A stretch of 62,546 bases of DNA from Candidatus Zixiibacteriota bacterium (GTDB taxonomy: Bacteria > Zixibacteria > MSB-5A5 > SM1-73): positions 1 to 62,546 of the forward strand of contig JBARPX010000080.1 of the NCBI GenBank assembly GCA_049643405.1, written 5' to 3'. Positions 29,030 to 37,885 of the stretch are shown piece by piece; position 1 is the stretch's first letter, and each line of letters begins with the position of its first letter. The notes under the pieces were generated by a model. It ran no database searches. It saw only the letters and a list, made by a program, of their open reading frames with translations, and was not told where the DNA came from. Made by a program: the position numbers and the translations under genes.

Positions 29030-30450
29030 GAAAAGAGGGTTTCAAGCACATATTCTCGTTTCTCCTTTTCCTGGCAGACGTTCTGATCATCTTCTGTGCG
29101 TTCTTCTTAGCCTACTGGGTGAGGTTTTACTCACCTTTTACGGAAATCCTTCCGGTCACCAAGGGAATTCCCCCGCTGTCATTTTATTTTTACGGGTCGA
29201 TCTTTGTGGCGCTGGTGTGGGTGGCGGCCTTCAACGCCTATGGCCTCTACAAGAGCGCCCGGCCCCGGGGCGCCTTCGACGAGTTCTATCTTCTGACCAA
29301 GAGCGCCACCCTGGGATTTCTGGTAGTGCTGGCGTTCACTTTTTTCTATCGGGGCACCTCCTATTCCCGTGCTACTCTGATAGCATCCTGGATTCTGGGC
29401 ATAGTTTTGCTTTACGCAGAAAGGCGAATCATGGCCAGGCTGGAACGGGGCTTCATGAAGCGCGGTTATGGAGTGAAGAATGCGGTCATAGTCGGAACCG
29501 GAGAGATGGGACTCTCACTCTACCGGAGGTGGAAGGAGAATCCTCAGCTTGGCTATCAGCTTATCGGGCTTATTGAAGCGAGGGAACATGGGACTAATGC
29601 AGATACCGGACACTCTACGGAAACACCCGTCGTGGGAACCGTGGACGATCTCTTCCGGATAATTGGAGAGGAGAACGTGGAGCTGGTTATCCTGGCGTTG
29701 CCCCTGTCTTATCATAACAAGATCATGGAGATCATCCTGGGGTGTGAGGATCTGAAGGTGGAGTTTCAGATAGTGCCGGACATGGTTGAGATCATGGCCG
29801 CACGAGCGAAGGTGGTCTCCCTTGACGGAATCCCGTTGATCAGCCTGGGGCGCACGCCGCTGGAAGGATGGAATAGGGTGCTGAAGAGGTCTCTGGACGT
29901 AACCCTTTCTTCCGCCGGATTAGCGCTGCTTTCACCTGCCTTTGCTTTGCTGGGTATATGGATAAAGCTCGATTCCAAAGGGCCGGTGTTTTTCAAACAG
30001 GAGAGATTAGGAAGGGATGGGAGGAAGTTCTTCCAGTATAAGTTCAGGTCCATGATGGAAGATGCTGAGAAGCAGACCGGGCCGGTGTTCGCTAAGGAGG
30101 ACGACCCGCGCAGAACCAAAGTAGGAGCGTTTCTGCGAAAGAACAACTTCGACGAGCTTCCCCAGCTCTTCAACGTCTTGAAGGGAGACATGAGCCTGGT
30201 GGGACCTCGTCCAGAAAGGAAGTTTTTTGTCGATAAGTTTAAGGAGGGGATACCCCGATACTTTCTGCGTCACAAGGTCAAATCCGGGATAACCGGCTGG
30301 GCGCAGGTGAACGGGTTGAGGGGAAACACGTCTATAGAGGAGAGGACAAAGTACGATCTATTCTATGTGGAGAACTGGTCGCTGGCCTTTGACATCAAGA
30401 TACTATTACTGACCCTGAAGGATTGGTTCTCGCCCAAGAATGCTTATTGA
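29026..30450 (+). CDS. undecaprenyl-phosphate sugar phosphotransferase (WbaP/EPS priming glycosyltransferase family)
   Basis: ATGA overlap with the upstream GT4 gene. 4-5 N-terminal TM helices, a central Rossmann-like domain, and a C-terminal sugar-transferase core (KRSLDV.., GPVFFKQERLG, FRSM, DELPQLFNVLKGDMSLVGPRP, YVENWSL). Confidence 0.85.
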   Translation: MRKEGFKHIFSFLLFLADVLIIFCAFFLAYWVRFYSPFTEILPVTKGIPPLSFYFYGSIFVALVWVAAFNAYGLYKSARPRGAFDEFYLLTKSATLGFLVVLAFTFFYRGTSYSRATLIASWILGIVLLYAERRIMARLERGFMKRGYGVKNAVIVGTGEMGLSLYRRWKENPQLGYQLIGLIEAREHGTNADTGHSTETPVVGTVDDLFRIIGEENVELVILALPLSYHNKIMEIILGCEDLKVEFQIVPDMVEIMAARAKVVSLDGIPLISLGRTPLEGWNRVLKRSLDVTLSSAGLALLSPAFALLGIWIKLDSKGPVFFKQERLGRDGRKFFQYKFRSMMEDAEKQTGPVFAKEDDPRRTKVGAFLRKNNFDELPQLFNVLKGDMSLVGPRPERKFFVDKFKEGIPRYFLRHKVKSGITGWAQVNGLRGNTSIEERTKYDLFYVENWSLAFDIKILLLTLKDWFSPKNAY

Positions 30451-30556
30451 GCAGAACCCTTATTCGACCCGCGTCCTTGAGTAGAAACCGGCAGCCGCAG
30501 GCTTTGGCCTGCGCTGTGGGCCCTCAAAACAAGGGCTTTTCGACCGGCGTTTTCGC

Positions 30557-30584
30557 TTGACTTATTGAAATTGTTTATTAAATT
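30557..30584 (+). promoter_or_regulatory. sigma70-like promoter (TTGACT-16-TAAATT)
   Basis: TTGACT at 30557-30562 and TAAATT at 30579-30584, 25 nt upstream of the ATG at 30609. Confidence 0.35.
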
Positions 30585-30608
30585 TACCTTCGTTGAAGAG
30601 AGGATAAA

Positions 30609-30887
30609 ATGGCTGAAAAAGGCAAACGCAAAGTAAAACCCCAGGTTAAACCAGCAGGCAAGACTTATAAACCTAAGGAGAAATCGATTTTACCTTTCTC
30701 CAGCAAGAACTACATCCTGTTCGCCATAGGTTTGTTCGTCATCGTGATCGGTTACGTCACCTTAGGATACGGTTCCATCACCTTGGCGCCCATACTTCTG
30801 GTGCTGGGCTACTGTGTGATCATCCCCGTGGCCATAATAATCAACGGAGGGAAGGAGAAGACTCCCGAGGCCCGCAGAGGGGCGTGA
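30609..30887 (+). CDS. small two-TM membrane protein with a Lys-rich N-terminus (possibly DUF3098-like)
   Basis: GAGAGGA RBS. Basic N-terminus followed by two hydrophobic helices. Confidence 0.5.
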   Translation: MAEKGKRKVKPQVKPAGKTYKPKEKSILPFSSKNYILFAIGLFVIVIGYVTLGYGSITLAPILLVLGYCVIIPVAIIINGGKEKTPEARRGA

Positions 30888-30963
30888 CGCTTTTTTTCGA
30901 ACTTGATGCAAATACAGTCTGAGAGTCTGGCGTTTTACTAAGGACTTTCGGCTGTTTTGTCTC

Positions 30964-31038
30964 GGGCGGTTAGCTCAGCTGGTTTAGAGTGTCTGCCTTA
31001 CACGCAGAAGGTCACTGGTTCGAACCCAGTACCGCCCA
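30964..31038 (+). tRNA. tRNA-Val (anticodon TAC)
   Basis: Hand-folded cloverleaf: acceptor GGGCGGT/ACCGCCC, anticodon stem TCTGC/GCAGA with loop CTTACAC, T-arm ACTGG-TTCGAAC-CCAGT. No encoded CCA. Confidence 0.9.
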
Positions 31039-31133
31039 TGGTAAAAACGGTTATTAGTTCGTGGTTCATGGTTCGTGGCAAGAATCTCTGCTGTGAACGG
31101 TGGACTACGAACCAAAAACTGCAGTAAATTGTC

Positions 31134-31208
31134 GGGGTCGTAGTTCAGTCTGGTTAGAACGCTGGCCTGTCAAGCCAGAGGTCGCGAGTTCAACTCTCGT
31201 CGGCCCCG
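31134..31208 (+). tRNA. tRNA-Asp (anticodon GTC)
   Basis: Acceptor GGGGTCG/CGGCCCC, anticodon stem CTGGC/GCCAG with loop CTGTCAA, T-arm GCGAG-TTCAACT-CTCGT. Confidence 0.9.
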
Positions 31209-31317
31209 CATTTTTGGAAGCAATAGCTCTCGTCGCGGACGTTTCCATGGTTAGTCGGAGAAAGCGTTAGTTCCTAGCGATTTCTCGACCACCTCATTGG
31301 GGGAGGCTAATTCAGTT

Positions 31318-32016
31318 ATGGGCAAGTTATACAAGAACTCTCCGCTGGTGGAATCGGTCTTTGAGATCAGATTCCCTCCTGAGCTCGCGATAGAGTGCAG
31401 GAAAGATGAGTACTACAGCAAAATCAGGGGGGAATTCCCCGAAGTCAACCTCCCGCTAGCTGATACGCCTGAACCGTATCCAATGAAAAACTATCTCTTT
31501 CGAGACAGCCAGAGGGAGAAGGGTATTCAGTTCTCGGTGAACAAGTGCTCTTTTCACCGATACAAGTACTTTGGCTTTGCCGAGTTCAAGGAACAAGCGC
31601 TTCGATATCTGAGGATGTTTGCGGAGAAGTTCGGGATTGACGTGCTTCACAGGACTGGTCTGCGATATGTGAATCAGATTCCCATATTGAGAGAGGATGG
31701 AATCATACCGCTCACGAAGTACCTGAACTTCGGATACCGCTTGCCAGAGTCTATACCGGAGCAGTATGACTTCCTGCACACAGTGCTGTTCGCCAAACTT
31801 GGCGAGGGGGCTCTTAGAATACTGATTCAATACAAGAGGCTCGTCGATGAAATGCAAACTGAGGTAATAGCTGTGGATTTTGACTACTTCTATGAAGGCA
31901 CCCTGCACTTCTCAGAGGTTGAGACGTATATAGATGAATCACACAAGCACACGAAGAGCATCTTTGAGGATTTAGTGACCGAACACTACAAGAAGATCAT
32001 GGACCAGGAGCCTTGA
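31318..32016 (+). CDS. TIGR04255-like protein (function unknown)
   Basis: GGGGGAGG RBS. The N-terminal YKNSPLVESVFEIRFPP.. signature and ~230-aa length match my recollection of the TIGR04255 family. Confidence 0.55.
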   Translation: MGKLYKNSPLVESVFEIRFPPELAIECRKDEYYSKIRGEFPEVNLPLADTPEPYPMKNYLFRDSQREKGIQFSVNKCSFHRYKYFGFAEFKEQALRYLRMFAEKFGIDVLHRTGLRYVNQIPILREDGIIPLTKYLNFGYRLPESIPEQYDFLHTVLFAKLGEGALRILIQYKRLVDEMQTEVIAVDFDYFYEGTLHFSEVETYIDESHKHTKSIFEDLVTEHYKKIMDQEP

Positions 32017-32018
32017 GT

Positions 32019-32525
32019 ATGTCACGCGACACGAGTTTCCCCACCTCATATGATCGGAAGCCATTGGGGTATACATCCGTTCTGGAGGAGGTTCAAACCG
32101 TCTTAAACTCGCAGCTTTCCTCGAAAATGCTCGCATCCGCCAGAGATTATGAGGATTGCAGCCGGGCAGCGGACGAAGTCGCGAAACAGGTTTTTCCGGG
32201 CACTGTACCTGCACTTGCCCAGACGATCGCGACGAAGTATTACGTGACCGAACTGAGAAGCAGTGAAGGCAGAGTGATTTTTAAGGAAGGCTTTCCTTTG
32301 GACATCGAACTCTCAAAGGATGACGATCTGTTCTTTTTCCAGAACTCGAGATTCAATCTATTCGGGTCTGGCGGCACTAAAGAGGATGCCTTGAAGGACT
32401 TCGCGGAGTTCTTCATTCACGACTATATTTCATACAAGAATACCCCCCCAGACAAGCTCAGTCGGGACGCTCGCCAACTTCTGCAGGAATACAACTCCGT
32501 TATCGGCAAGTTAGAGATCGCATGA
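32019..32525 (+). CDS. hypothetical protein with a HicB-like (antitoxin N-domain-like) C-terminal half
   Basis: The start is either TTG at 32013 (overlapping the upstream TGA) or ATG at 32019. The segment LFFFQNSRFNLFGSGGTKEDALKDFAEFFIHDY resembles the HicB fold signature. The stop overlaps the next start (ATGA). Confidence 0.4.
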   Translation: MSRDTSFPTSYDRKPLGYTSVLEEVQTVLNSQLSSKMLASARDYEDCSRAADEVAKQVFPGTVPALAQTIATKYYVTELRSSEGRVIFKEGFPLDIELSKDDDLFFFQNSRFNLFGSGGTKEDALKDFAEFFIHDYISYKNTPPDKLSRDARQLLQEYNSVIGKLEIA

Positions 32526-32827
32526 AGCCAATCCCCAGACGCATAATAGAGAAGTCTCTGGCGGAAAAAGGATTCGTAAAGGAGGAAGGCAGAGACCACA
32601 AATTGTGGTATTTCTTTCACGAGGGGATCAAGACCGGAATACGAACGCCAATATCTAGAGGCAGCGGGTACAGGGACTACCCTGTCAGCCTGTTGAAGAG
32701 GGTTCAGGCTCAGTTACGTTTGGACTCCCTGAGACAGCTTGATGAGCTTCTGCGGTGCCCGATGAACGGACAGCAATACACCGAGTTGATGCTGAATAAA
32801 GGGGAGGTTTTGCCTAACGACACATGA
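32522..32827 (+). CDS. HicA/YcfA-like small protein (putative toxin), tentative
   Basis: 101 aa. IEKSLAEKGFVKEEGRDHKLWYF..TPISRGSGYRDYPVSLLKRVQAQLRL has the HicA-like pattern (GF..xH....P....l..ll..i...l). Translationally coupled to the upstream ORF. Confidence 0.4.
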   Translation: MKPIPRRIIEKSLAEKGFVKEEGRDHKLWYFFHEGIKTGIRTPISRGSGYRDYPVSLLKRVQAQLRLDSLRQLDELLRCPMNGQQYTELMLNKGEVLPNDT

Positions 32828-32877
32828 ACTTCCGCACGCTGGCGTCGCTTTGCGACGAGATCTCATGGCAAACCCAA

Positions 32878-32913
32878 CCGGTGGGGCCGCTTCAAGCCTC
32901 ATCGGTTTTTTTT
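32878..32913 (+). terminator. Rho-independent terminator ending the three-gene islet operon
   Basis: 10-bp stem ccggtggggc/gcctcatcgg (two G-U pairs), 8-nt loop, then a run of 8 T. Confidence 0.6.
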
Positions 32914-33360
32914 AAGGCGGTTCACAGTCCATGGTTCACGGTTCGTCGTCCCCGCAGCCTCACCCGGAGAGAGAGGTGGACAGTGGAGTGGAAGCGGTTT
33001 TGAATCAAGCCAGGGGTCGTCTGGCCTGAGGCGGAATTGACCTCGTGTTCGCACGGCAGAACCATCCTCTTGGTATTCGCTGTTCCTTCAAGTCCGTCCG
33101 CAAGACTCCCTCGATCTTCTGCTCAACAATGAGTCTGCTCTTGACTTTCAGCCTGAGACAACTATATTTTCTCTGAATGTCTCTGGTTGGTTTCCGGAGA
33201 GGGGAGTGCACGTCGCTGGCGGGCTGCTCGTAAGCCCGGCAGTGATCTGTTCGGGAGTCTTTCAACCGGCGCCAAACCAGGACAAGGTTTTTGCACGTAG
33301 ACTTTGTGAGTGACAGGCATTGCCGTAGATTCACAGCAAAAAAGAGAAGGGAGGTTGTCA

Positions 33361-34884
33361 ATGAAGAAGAAAGCCAAAAAACTGACTACAGCTTTTGGGA
33401 TACCTGTGGCTGACGACCAGAACAGTATGACAGCCGGTGAAGGTGGTCCCGTGCTGATGCAGGATGCCCACCTGCTGGAGAAGCTTGCCCATTTCGACCG
33501 TGAGCGCATTCCCGAGCGAGTGGTGCACGCAAAGGGTGCCGGAGCCTACGGTTATTTTGAGGTTACTGCGGACGTCGCCAAGTACACCAAAGCCAAGTTC
33601 CTCTCGGAAGTGGGTAAGCGTACGGAGGTATTTCTCCGTTTTTCTACCGTCGGGGGTGAAAGGGGCTCAGCAGATGCCGCTCGAGATCCACGCGGCTTCG
33701 CAATCAAGTTCTATACCGAAGAGGGGAATTATGACTTAGCCGGCAACAACACGCCTGTATTTTTCATCCGGGATCCGCTCAAGTTTCCCGATTTCATCCA
33801 CACACAGAAACGGCACCCGGCCACCAATCTGCCCGATCCGGACATGTTCTGGGATTTTCTCTCCCTGACACCCGAGTCGATTCATCAGGTCACAGTCCTT
33901 TTCTCCGACAGGGGAACACCGGCCACCTATCGGAACATAAACGGCTACAGCAGCCACACCTTCAAATGGTACAACGATAAGGGGGATTACTTCTGGGTGC
34001 AGTATCATTTCAAGACGGATCAGGGTATCAAGAATCTGACCCGGGAGGAAGCGACGCTGCTGTGTGGCGAAGATCCAAACCATGCCACCCGTGACCTGTA
34101 TGAGTCCATCGAGCGCGGCGAATACCCATCTTGGACTCTTGAGATGCAGATTCTGCCGGCAGACAAGGCCAAGGATTTCCCCTGGGATATCTTTGACATC
34201 ACCAAAGTGTGGCCGCATGCAGAGGTCCCGCCCATCAAGATCGGTAAGCTGGTCTTGAACCGCAACCCGGTCAACTATTTCGCCGAGGTGGAACAGGCGG
34301 CCTTCTGTCCCGGAAACGTGATTCCCGGCATAGCCATTTCGCCGGACAAGATGCTGCAGGCAAGGGTTTTCTCATACCACGATACTCACCTTCATAGACT
34401 GGGCTCCAATTATCATCTGATTCCGGTTAATGCCCCGAAGCACGCTCCTGAGGAGAATTACCAGCGCGACGGCTCCATGCGCGTGGATAACGGCGGGGGC
34501 GGTGGACCCAATTACTGGCCCAACAGCGTCGGCGGGCCCGAGCCGGACCCGAAGGCAGGCGAGCCACCCTTCGGGCTTTCCGGCCAGGCAGGTCGTCACC
34601 CCTTCACTCACCCCAATGATGACTTTGTGCAGGCTGGCACGCTTTATCGCAACGTCATGTCGGACCAAGATCGGGATAACCTGGTCGGCAACATTGTGGA
34701 TCACCTGGACAATGCGCAGAAGCGCATCCAGATACGCCAGGCCGCCATATTCTACAAGGCAGACAAAGAGTACGGCCGCCGCGTGGCCGACGGGATAGGC
34801 TTAGATGTGAATGAGGTAAAGCGTCTGGCAAATATGTCTAACGAGGAGAGGGCAAAGGCTACAGAAGAGGGAACCTACTCCTAA
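33361..34884 (+). CDS. monofunctional heme catalase
   Basis: GAAGGGAGG RBS before the ATG at 33361. FDRERIPERVVHAKGAGA, RFSTV, RDPRGFA, VFFIRD, the ..YSSHTFK.. region and RVFSYHDTH. Confidence 0.9.
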   Translation: MKKKAKKLTTAFGIPVADDQNSMTAGEGGPVLMQDAHLLEKLAHFDRERIPERVVHAKGAGAYGYFEVTADVAKYTKAKFLSEVGKRTEVFLRFSTVGGERGSADAARDPRGFAIKFYTEEGNYDLAGNNTPVFFIRDPLKFPDFIHTQKRHPATNLPDPDMFWDFLSLTPESIHQVTVLFSDRGTPATYRNINGYSSHTFKWYNDKGDYFWVQYHFKTDQGIKNLTREEATLLCGEDPNHATRDLYESIERGEYPSWTLEMQILPADKAKDFPWDIFDITKVWPHAEVPPIKIGKLVLNRNPVNYFAEVEQAAFCPGNVIPGIAISPDKMLQARVFSYHDTHLHRLGSNYHLIPVNAPKHAPEENYQRDGSMRVDNGGGGGPNYWPNSVGGPEPDPKAGEPPFGLSGQAGRHPFTHPNDDFVQAGTLYRNVMSDQDRDNLVGNIVDHLDNAQKRIQIRQAAIFYKADKEYGRRVADGIGLDVNEVKRLANMSNEERAKATEEGTYS

Positions 34885-34886
34885 AT

Positions 34887-34972
34887 CGTAGGTCGGATAG
34901 GGCCCCCCGTATGGGGGGCTATCCGACATTTCTTGTCCGAAAGTCCCCACATGGGGACATTTCGGACCTACG
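34887..34972 (+). repeat. Y-shaped double-hairpin palindromic element (GTAGG...CCTAC type) immediately after the catalase stop
   Basis: Outer stem cgtaggtc/gacctacg encloses hairpins cggatagggcccccc-gtat-ggggggctatccg and gtccgaaagtcccca-ca-tggggacatttcggac. Confidence 0.6.
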
Positions 34973-35056
34973 CGCTAATCTCAAAGATATACCCCTTTCC
35001 TTTCCCTAATCCTGATCGCTTTACACAGTTCAAGCTACACGCCAGTACCATTCCCC

Positions 35057-35085
35057 TTGACATAGAGCCCGTCGTTCTGTATACT
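35057..35085 (+). promoter_or_regulatory. sigma70-like promoter (TTGACA-17-TATACT) about 265 nt upstream of pruA
   Basis: TTGACA at 35057-35062 and TATACT at 35080-35085. Confidence 0.4.
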
Positions 35086-35350
35086 TGATCGGCGCAAGGA
35101 ATTTCTTGCTGTCGCTGAATGAGGGAGACAGATGAGAGAAAGCGTGCTGGATTGCTGTCTCTCGATTTCTGTTACAGACTCGTGAATAGCTCCAAACTGG
35201 GTTGAGTTTTGGCATTCGGAAATGAAGAAAGTCCCAAATTCGTCTCGCAACTTCCGCGTTTTTATTCATCCTGCCTTTATCGAATTTGTGCCGCATGGCT
35301 GCCAACCAGGAAATCGAGTCAGTTGACCACAAATAAATCTGGAGGTTAAG

Positions 35351-36979
35351 ATGGATGAATATCGCATACCCTGTCCGGCCAACGAGCCGGTCTACAGCTA
35401 CGCTCCCGGCACACCGGAACGGGAGAAGCTGAAAGTCGCTTTAGATGAGGTGAAGTCGAAACAAATAGAGATTCCCCTGGTAATCGACGGCAAGGAGATC
35501 ACCACCGATAAGAAGGTCAAAATCACCGCACCGCACGATCATAATCTGGTCCTGGCCTACTCTCACCGCGGAGGCAAGAAGGAGACACAGCTTGCCGTCG
35601 ATTCGACAGTGAACGCCCAGAAAGCGTGGGCAGCGCTGCCGGGCCAGCAGCGCGCTGCGATCTTCCTGAAGGCGGCCGACTTGCTGGCCGGACCCTACCG
35701 CTACATAATGAATGCCGCCACAATGCTGGCCCACTCCAAGACAGTGTTCCAGGCGGAGATCGACGCCGTCTGCGAACTGGTCGATTTCTTCCGATTCAAC
35801 GCCTACTTTATGCAGATGATCTCCGACTTCCAGCCGATCAATCCTGATCCGTTGGTTTGGAATCGCCTTGACTATCGGCCCCTGGAAGGCTTTGTCTTTG
35901 CCGTCACGCCGTTCAATTTCGTGTCGATTAACGGCAACCTTCCCACCGCACCCGCCATGTGGGGGAACGTGTCGGTCTGGAAGCCAGCAGCTTCCGTACC
36001 GTATACCTCGCACCTTATTATGAAGATACTGATGGAAGCAGGCCTGCCCCCCGGTGTCATTAACTTCGTCACGGGCAAGTCATCCGAGATCGGTGAGATC
36101 GTCCTAAGCGACGAGAACCTGGCGGGGATCCATTTTACCGGGTCCACTGCCGTGTTTCAGAATATGTGGAAGACCATCGGGCAGAACATCGCCAAATACA
36201 AGACCTATCCCCGCATCGTGGGCGAAACCGGCGGCAAAGACTTCGTCTTCGTCCATAATTCAGCCGTTGCCTCGGAAGTCGCCACGGCGATCACGCGCGG
36301 CGCTTATGAATATCAGGGTCAGAAATGCTCAGCAGCATCCAGGGCTTATGTGCCGAAGTCGACCTGGCCACAGATCAAGAAGATTTTGCTTGCGCAGATC
36401 GGCGACATAAAGATGGGCGACCCGTGCGATTTCACCAACTTCATGAATGCCATCATCGACAAGAGCGCCTATGACAGCATCAAGGAGTACGTCGACTACG
36501 CCAAGAACTCATCGGAGTGTACGATCCTAGTCGGGGGCAACTGCGATGATTCGAAAGGATACTTCATCGATGCAACCGTGATTGAAACCGCCAATCCGAA
36601 GTTTAAGACCATGGCGGAGGAGATCTTTGGGCCGGTAATGACCATCTATGTTTACGACGACGCTGATTACGAGAAGACCTTGCATCTTTGCGACGAGACC
36701 TCACCCTATGCTTTGACCGGTGCGGTGTTTGCCACTGACCGGGCTGCGGTCGAAATGGCCGAAAGGATTCTTCGTAATGCCGCCGGTAACTTCTATATCA
36801 ACGACAAGCCGACAGGAGCCGTGGTCGGCCAGCAGCCGTTCGGCGGAGCCAGAGCCTCGGGCACCAACGACAAAGCCGGTGCCCTGCAGAACATGATTCG
36901 GTGGACGTCACCACGATCCATTAAGGAGAATCTCCTGCCCCCGAAGGATTTTGAGTATCCTTTCATGGCAAAACCGTGA
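35351..36979 (+). CDS. pruA: L-glutamate gamma-semialdehyde (1-pyrroline-5-carboxylate) dehydrogenase
   Basis: GGAGG RBS. 542-aa ALDH-family protein with WKPA, VGETGGKDF, YEYQGQKCSAASR and EIFGPV, and the characteristic P5CDH N-terminus (PxNEPVxxYAPGxxER). Confidence 0.9.
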   Translation: MDEYRIPCPANEPVYSYAPGTPEREKLKVALDEVKSKQIEIPLVIDGKEITTDKKVKITAPHDHNLVLAYSHRGGKKETQLAVDSTVNAQKAWAALPGQQRAAIFLKAADLLAGPYRYIMNAATMLAHSKTVFQAEIDAVCELVDFFRFNAYFMQMISDFQPINPDPLVWNRLDYRPLEGFVFAVTPFNFVSINGNLPTAPAMWGNVSVWKPAASVPYTSHLIMKILMEAGLPPGVINFVTGKSSEIGEIVLSDENLAGIHFTGSTAVFQNMWKTIGQNIAKYKTYPRIVGETGGKDFVFVHNSAVASEVATAITRGAYEYQGQKCSAASRAYVPKSTWPQIKKILLAQIGDIKMGDPCDFTNFMNAIIDKSAYDSIKEYVDYAKNSSECTILVGGNCDDSKGYFIDATVIETANPKFKTMAEEIFGPVMTIYVYDDADYEKTLHLCDETSPYALTGAVFATDRAAVEMAERILRNAAGNFYINDKPTGAVVGQQPFGGARASGTNDKAGALQNMIRWTSPRSIKENLLPPKDFEYPFMAKP

Positions 36980-36984
36980 AGAAG

Positions 36985-37023
36985 CGGTAGATAGTTCATG
37001 GTTCATAGTTCGTTACTGAAAGG
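36985..37023 (+). repeat. RGTTCRT heptad-repeat element, copy R3 (first 27 nt identical to R4)
   Basis: cggtagatagttcatggttcatagttcgttactgaaagg begins 6 nt after the pruA stop. Confidence 0.65.
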
Positions 37024-37069
37024 CACAAAAGCTCACCGGAACATGGATGTGTTCCAAAGGAGAGTGGAA

Positions 37070-37882
37070 ATGAAAAACGGCATCACCAAGTTAGTCTTCC
37101 TGGTTTTGTTGGCCGCCAGTTTTATCTGCATTACCTGCTCCAGCGACAAGACCGTGGACTCCGGCGGCGACGTGAACAACACGGATTTCGTTGCGAAGGA
37201 GTCCTTTTCGTTCCGCGTGGACGTGACCACCCATTCCCGATTGAGGCTTGAAGGGGTGAGCGGGACCGTTACGATCACGGGAGAATCGGGGTCCGATTCG
37301 GTACTCATAACCGGCGAAAGACGCGTTGGCTCAGAGAGCATGCAGGATGCCGAGGACCACCTTCCGCTACTTCAGGTGACTGTGCGGGAAGTGGGAAACG
37401 AAATATATTTGAAGACCACTCAGCCCGAGCAAACACACGGTCGAAGCTACGTGGTTGACTACACTATCACCTTCCCGGAAGGTTTCGTGGTGTCTGTGGA
37501 TCACGTCACCGGAATCGTGAGCATAAACTCTGTCAAGAATAGTGTTTTCGTCAACCACGTGACCGGACAAGTTCTTTTGGATGAAATCTCCGGCAGTGCA
37601 GTCGTCAGTTTAGTCACCGGTGAGATCGAAGCCGAAGTGATTTTGCCGGAAGATGGCACGATCAATCTCAATCTGGTAACCGGAAATATCGAACTTGACA
37701 TTCCTCAAAACACCTCGGCAGAATTCTCGGCCACAGTGGTCACCGGGACTATCAGCATATCCGATCTTATTCTTCAGAATCAAGTAAGCACTCCCGGTTC
37801 CCTCAGCGGGACATTGGGCAGCGGAGAGGGGACGATCTCACTGAACGTAGTCACCGGTTCGGTAAACGTGCAGGGATTTTAA
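37070..37882 (+). CDS. DUF4097-like beta-strand-repeat lipoprotein
   Basis: AAGGAGAG RBS and lipobox (FICIT-C). Repeated VTG.I/V strands (VTGIVSINS, VTGQVLLD, LVTGEIEAEV, LVTGNIELDIP, VVTGTISIS, VVTGSVNVQGF). Confidence 0.7.
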   Translation: MKNGITKLVFLVLLAASFICITCSSDKTVDSGGDVNNTDFVAKESFSFRVDVTTHSRLRLEGVSGTVTITGESGSDSVLITGERRVGSESMQDAEDHLPLLQVTVREVGNEIYLKTTQPEQTHGRSYVVDYTITFPEGFVVSVDHVTGIVSINSVKNSVFVNHVTGQVLLDEISGSAVVSLVTGEIEAEVILPEDGTINLNLVTGNIELDIPQNTSAEFSATVVTGTISISDLILQNQVSTPGSLSGTLGSGEGTISLNVVTGSVNVQGF

Positions 37883-37885
37883 AAC

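Larger units (their letters stand above)
31209..32956 (+). mobile_element. putative integrated islet at tRNA-Asp (three genes, no integrase), bounded by a degenerate repeat of the tRNA 3' end
   Basis: 31188-31210 gttcaactctcgtcggccccgca versus 32934-32956 gttcacggttcgtcgtccccgca. That is 18/23 overall and 13/14 over the acceptor-strand part. Confidence 0.4.

Noticed and set aside
35030-35332. 100-aa minus-strand ORF in the pruA leader
   Set aside because: It has no RBS and an odd composition, and it lies opposite a strong plus-strand promoter and leader.
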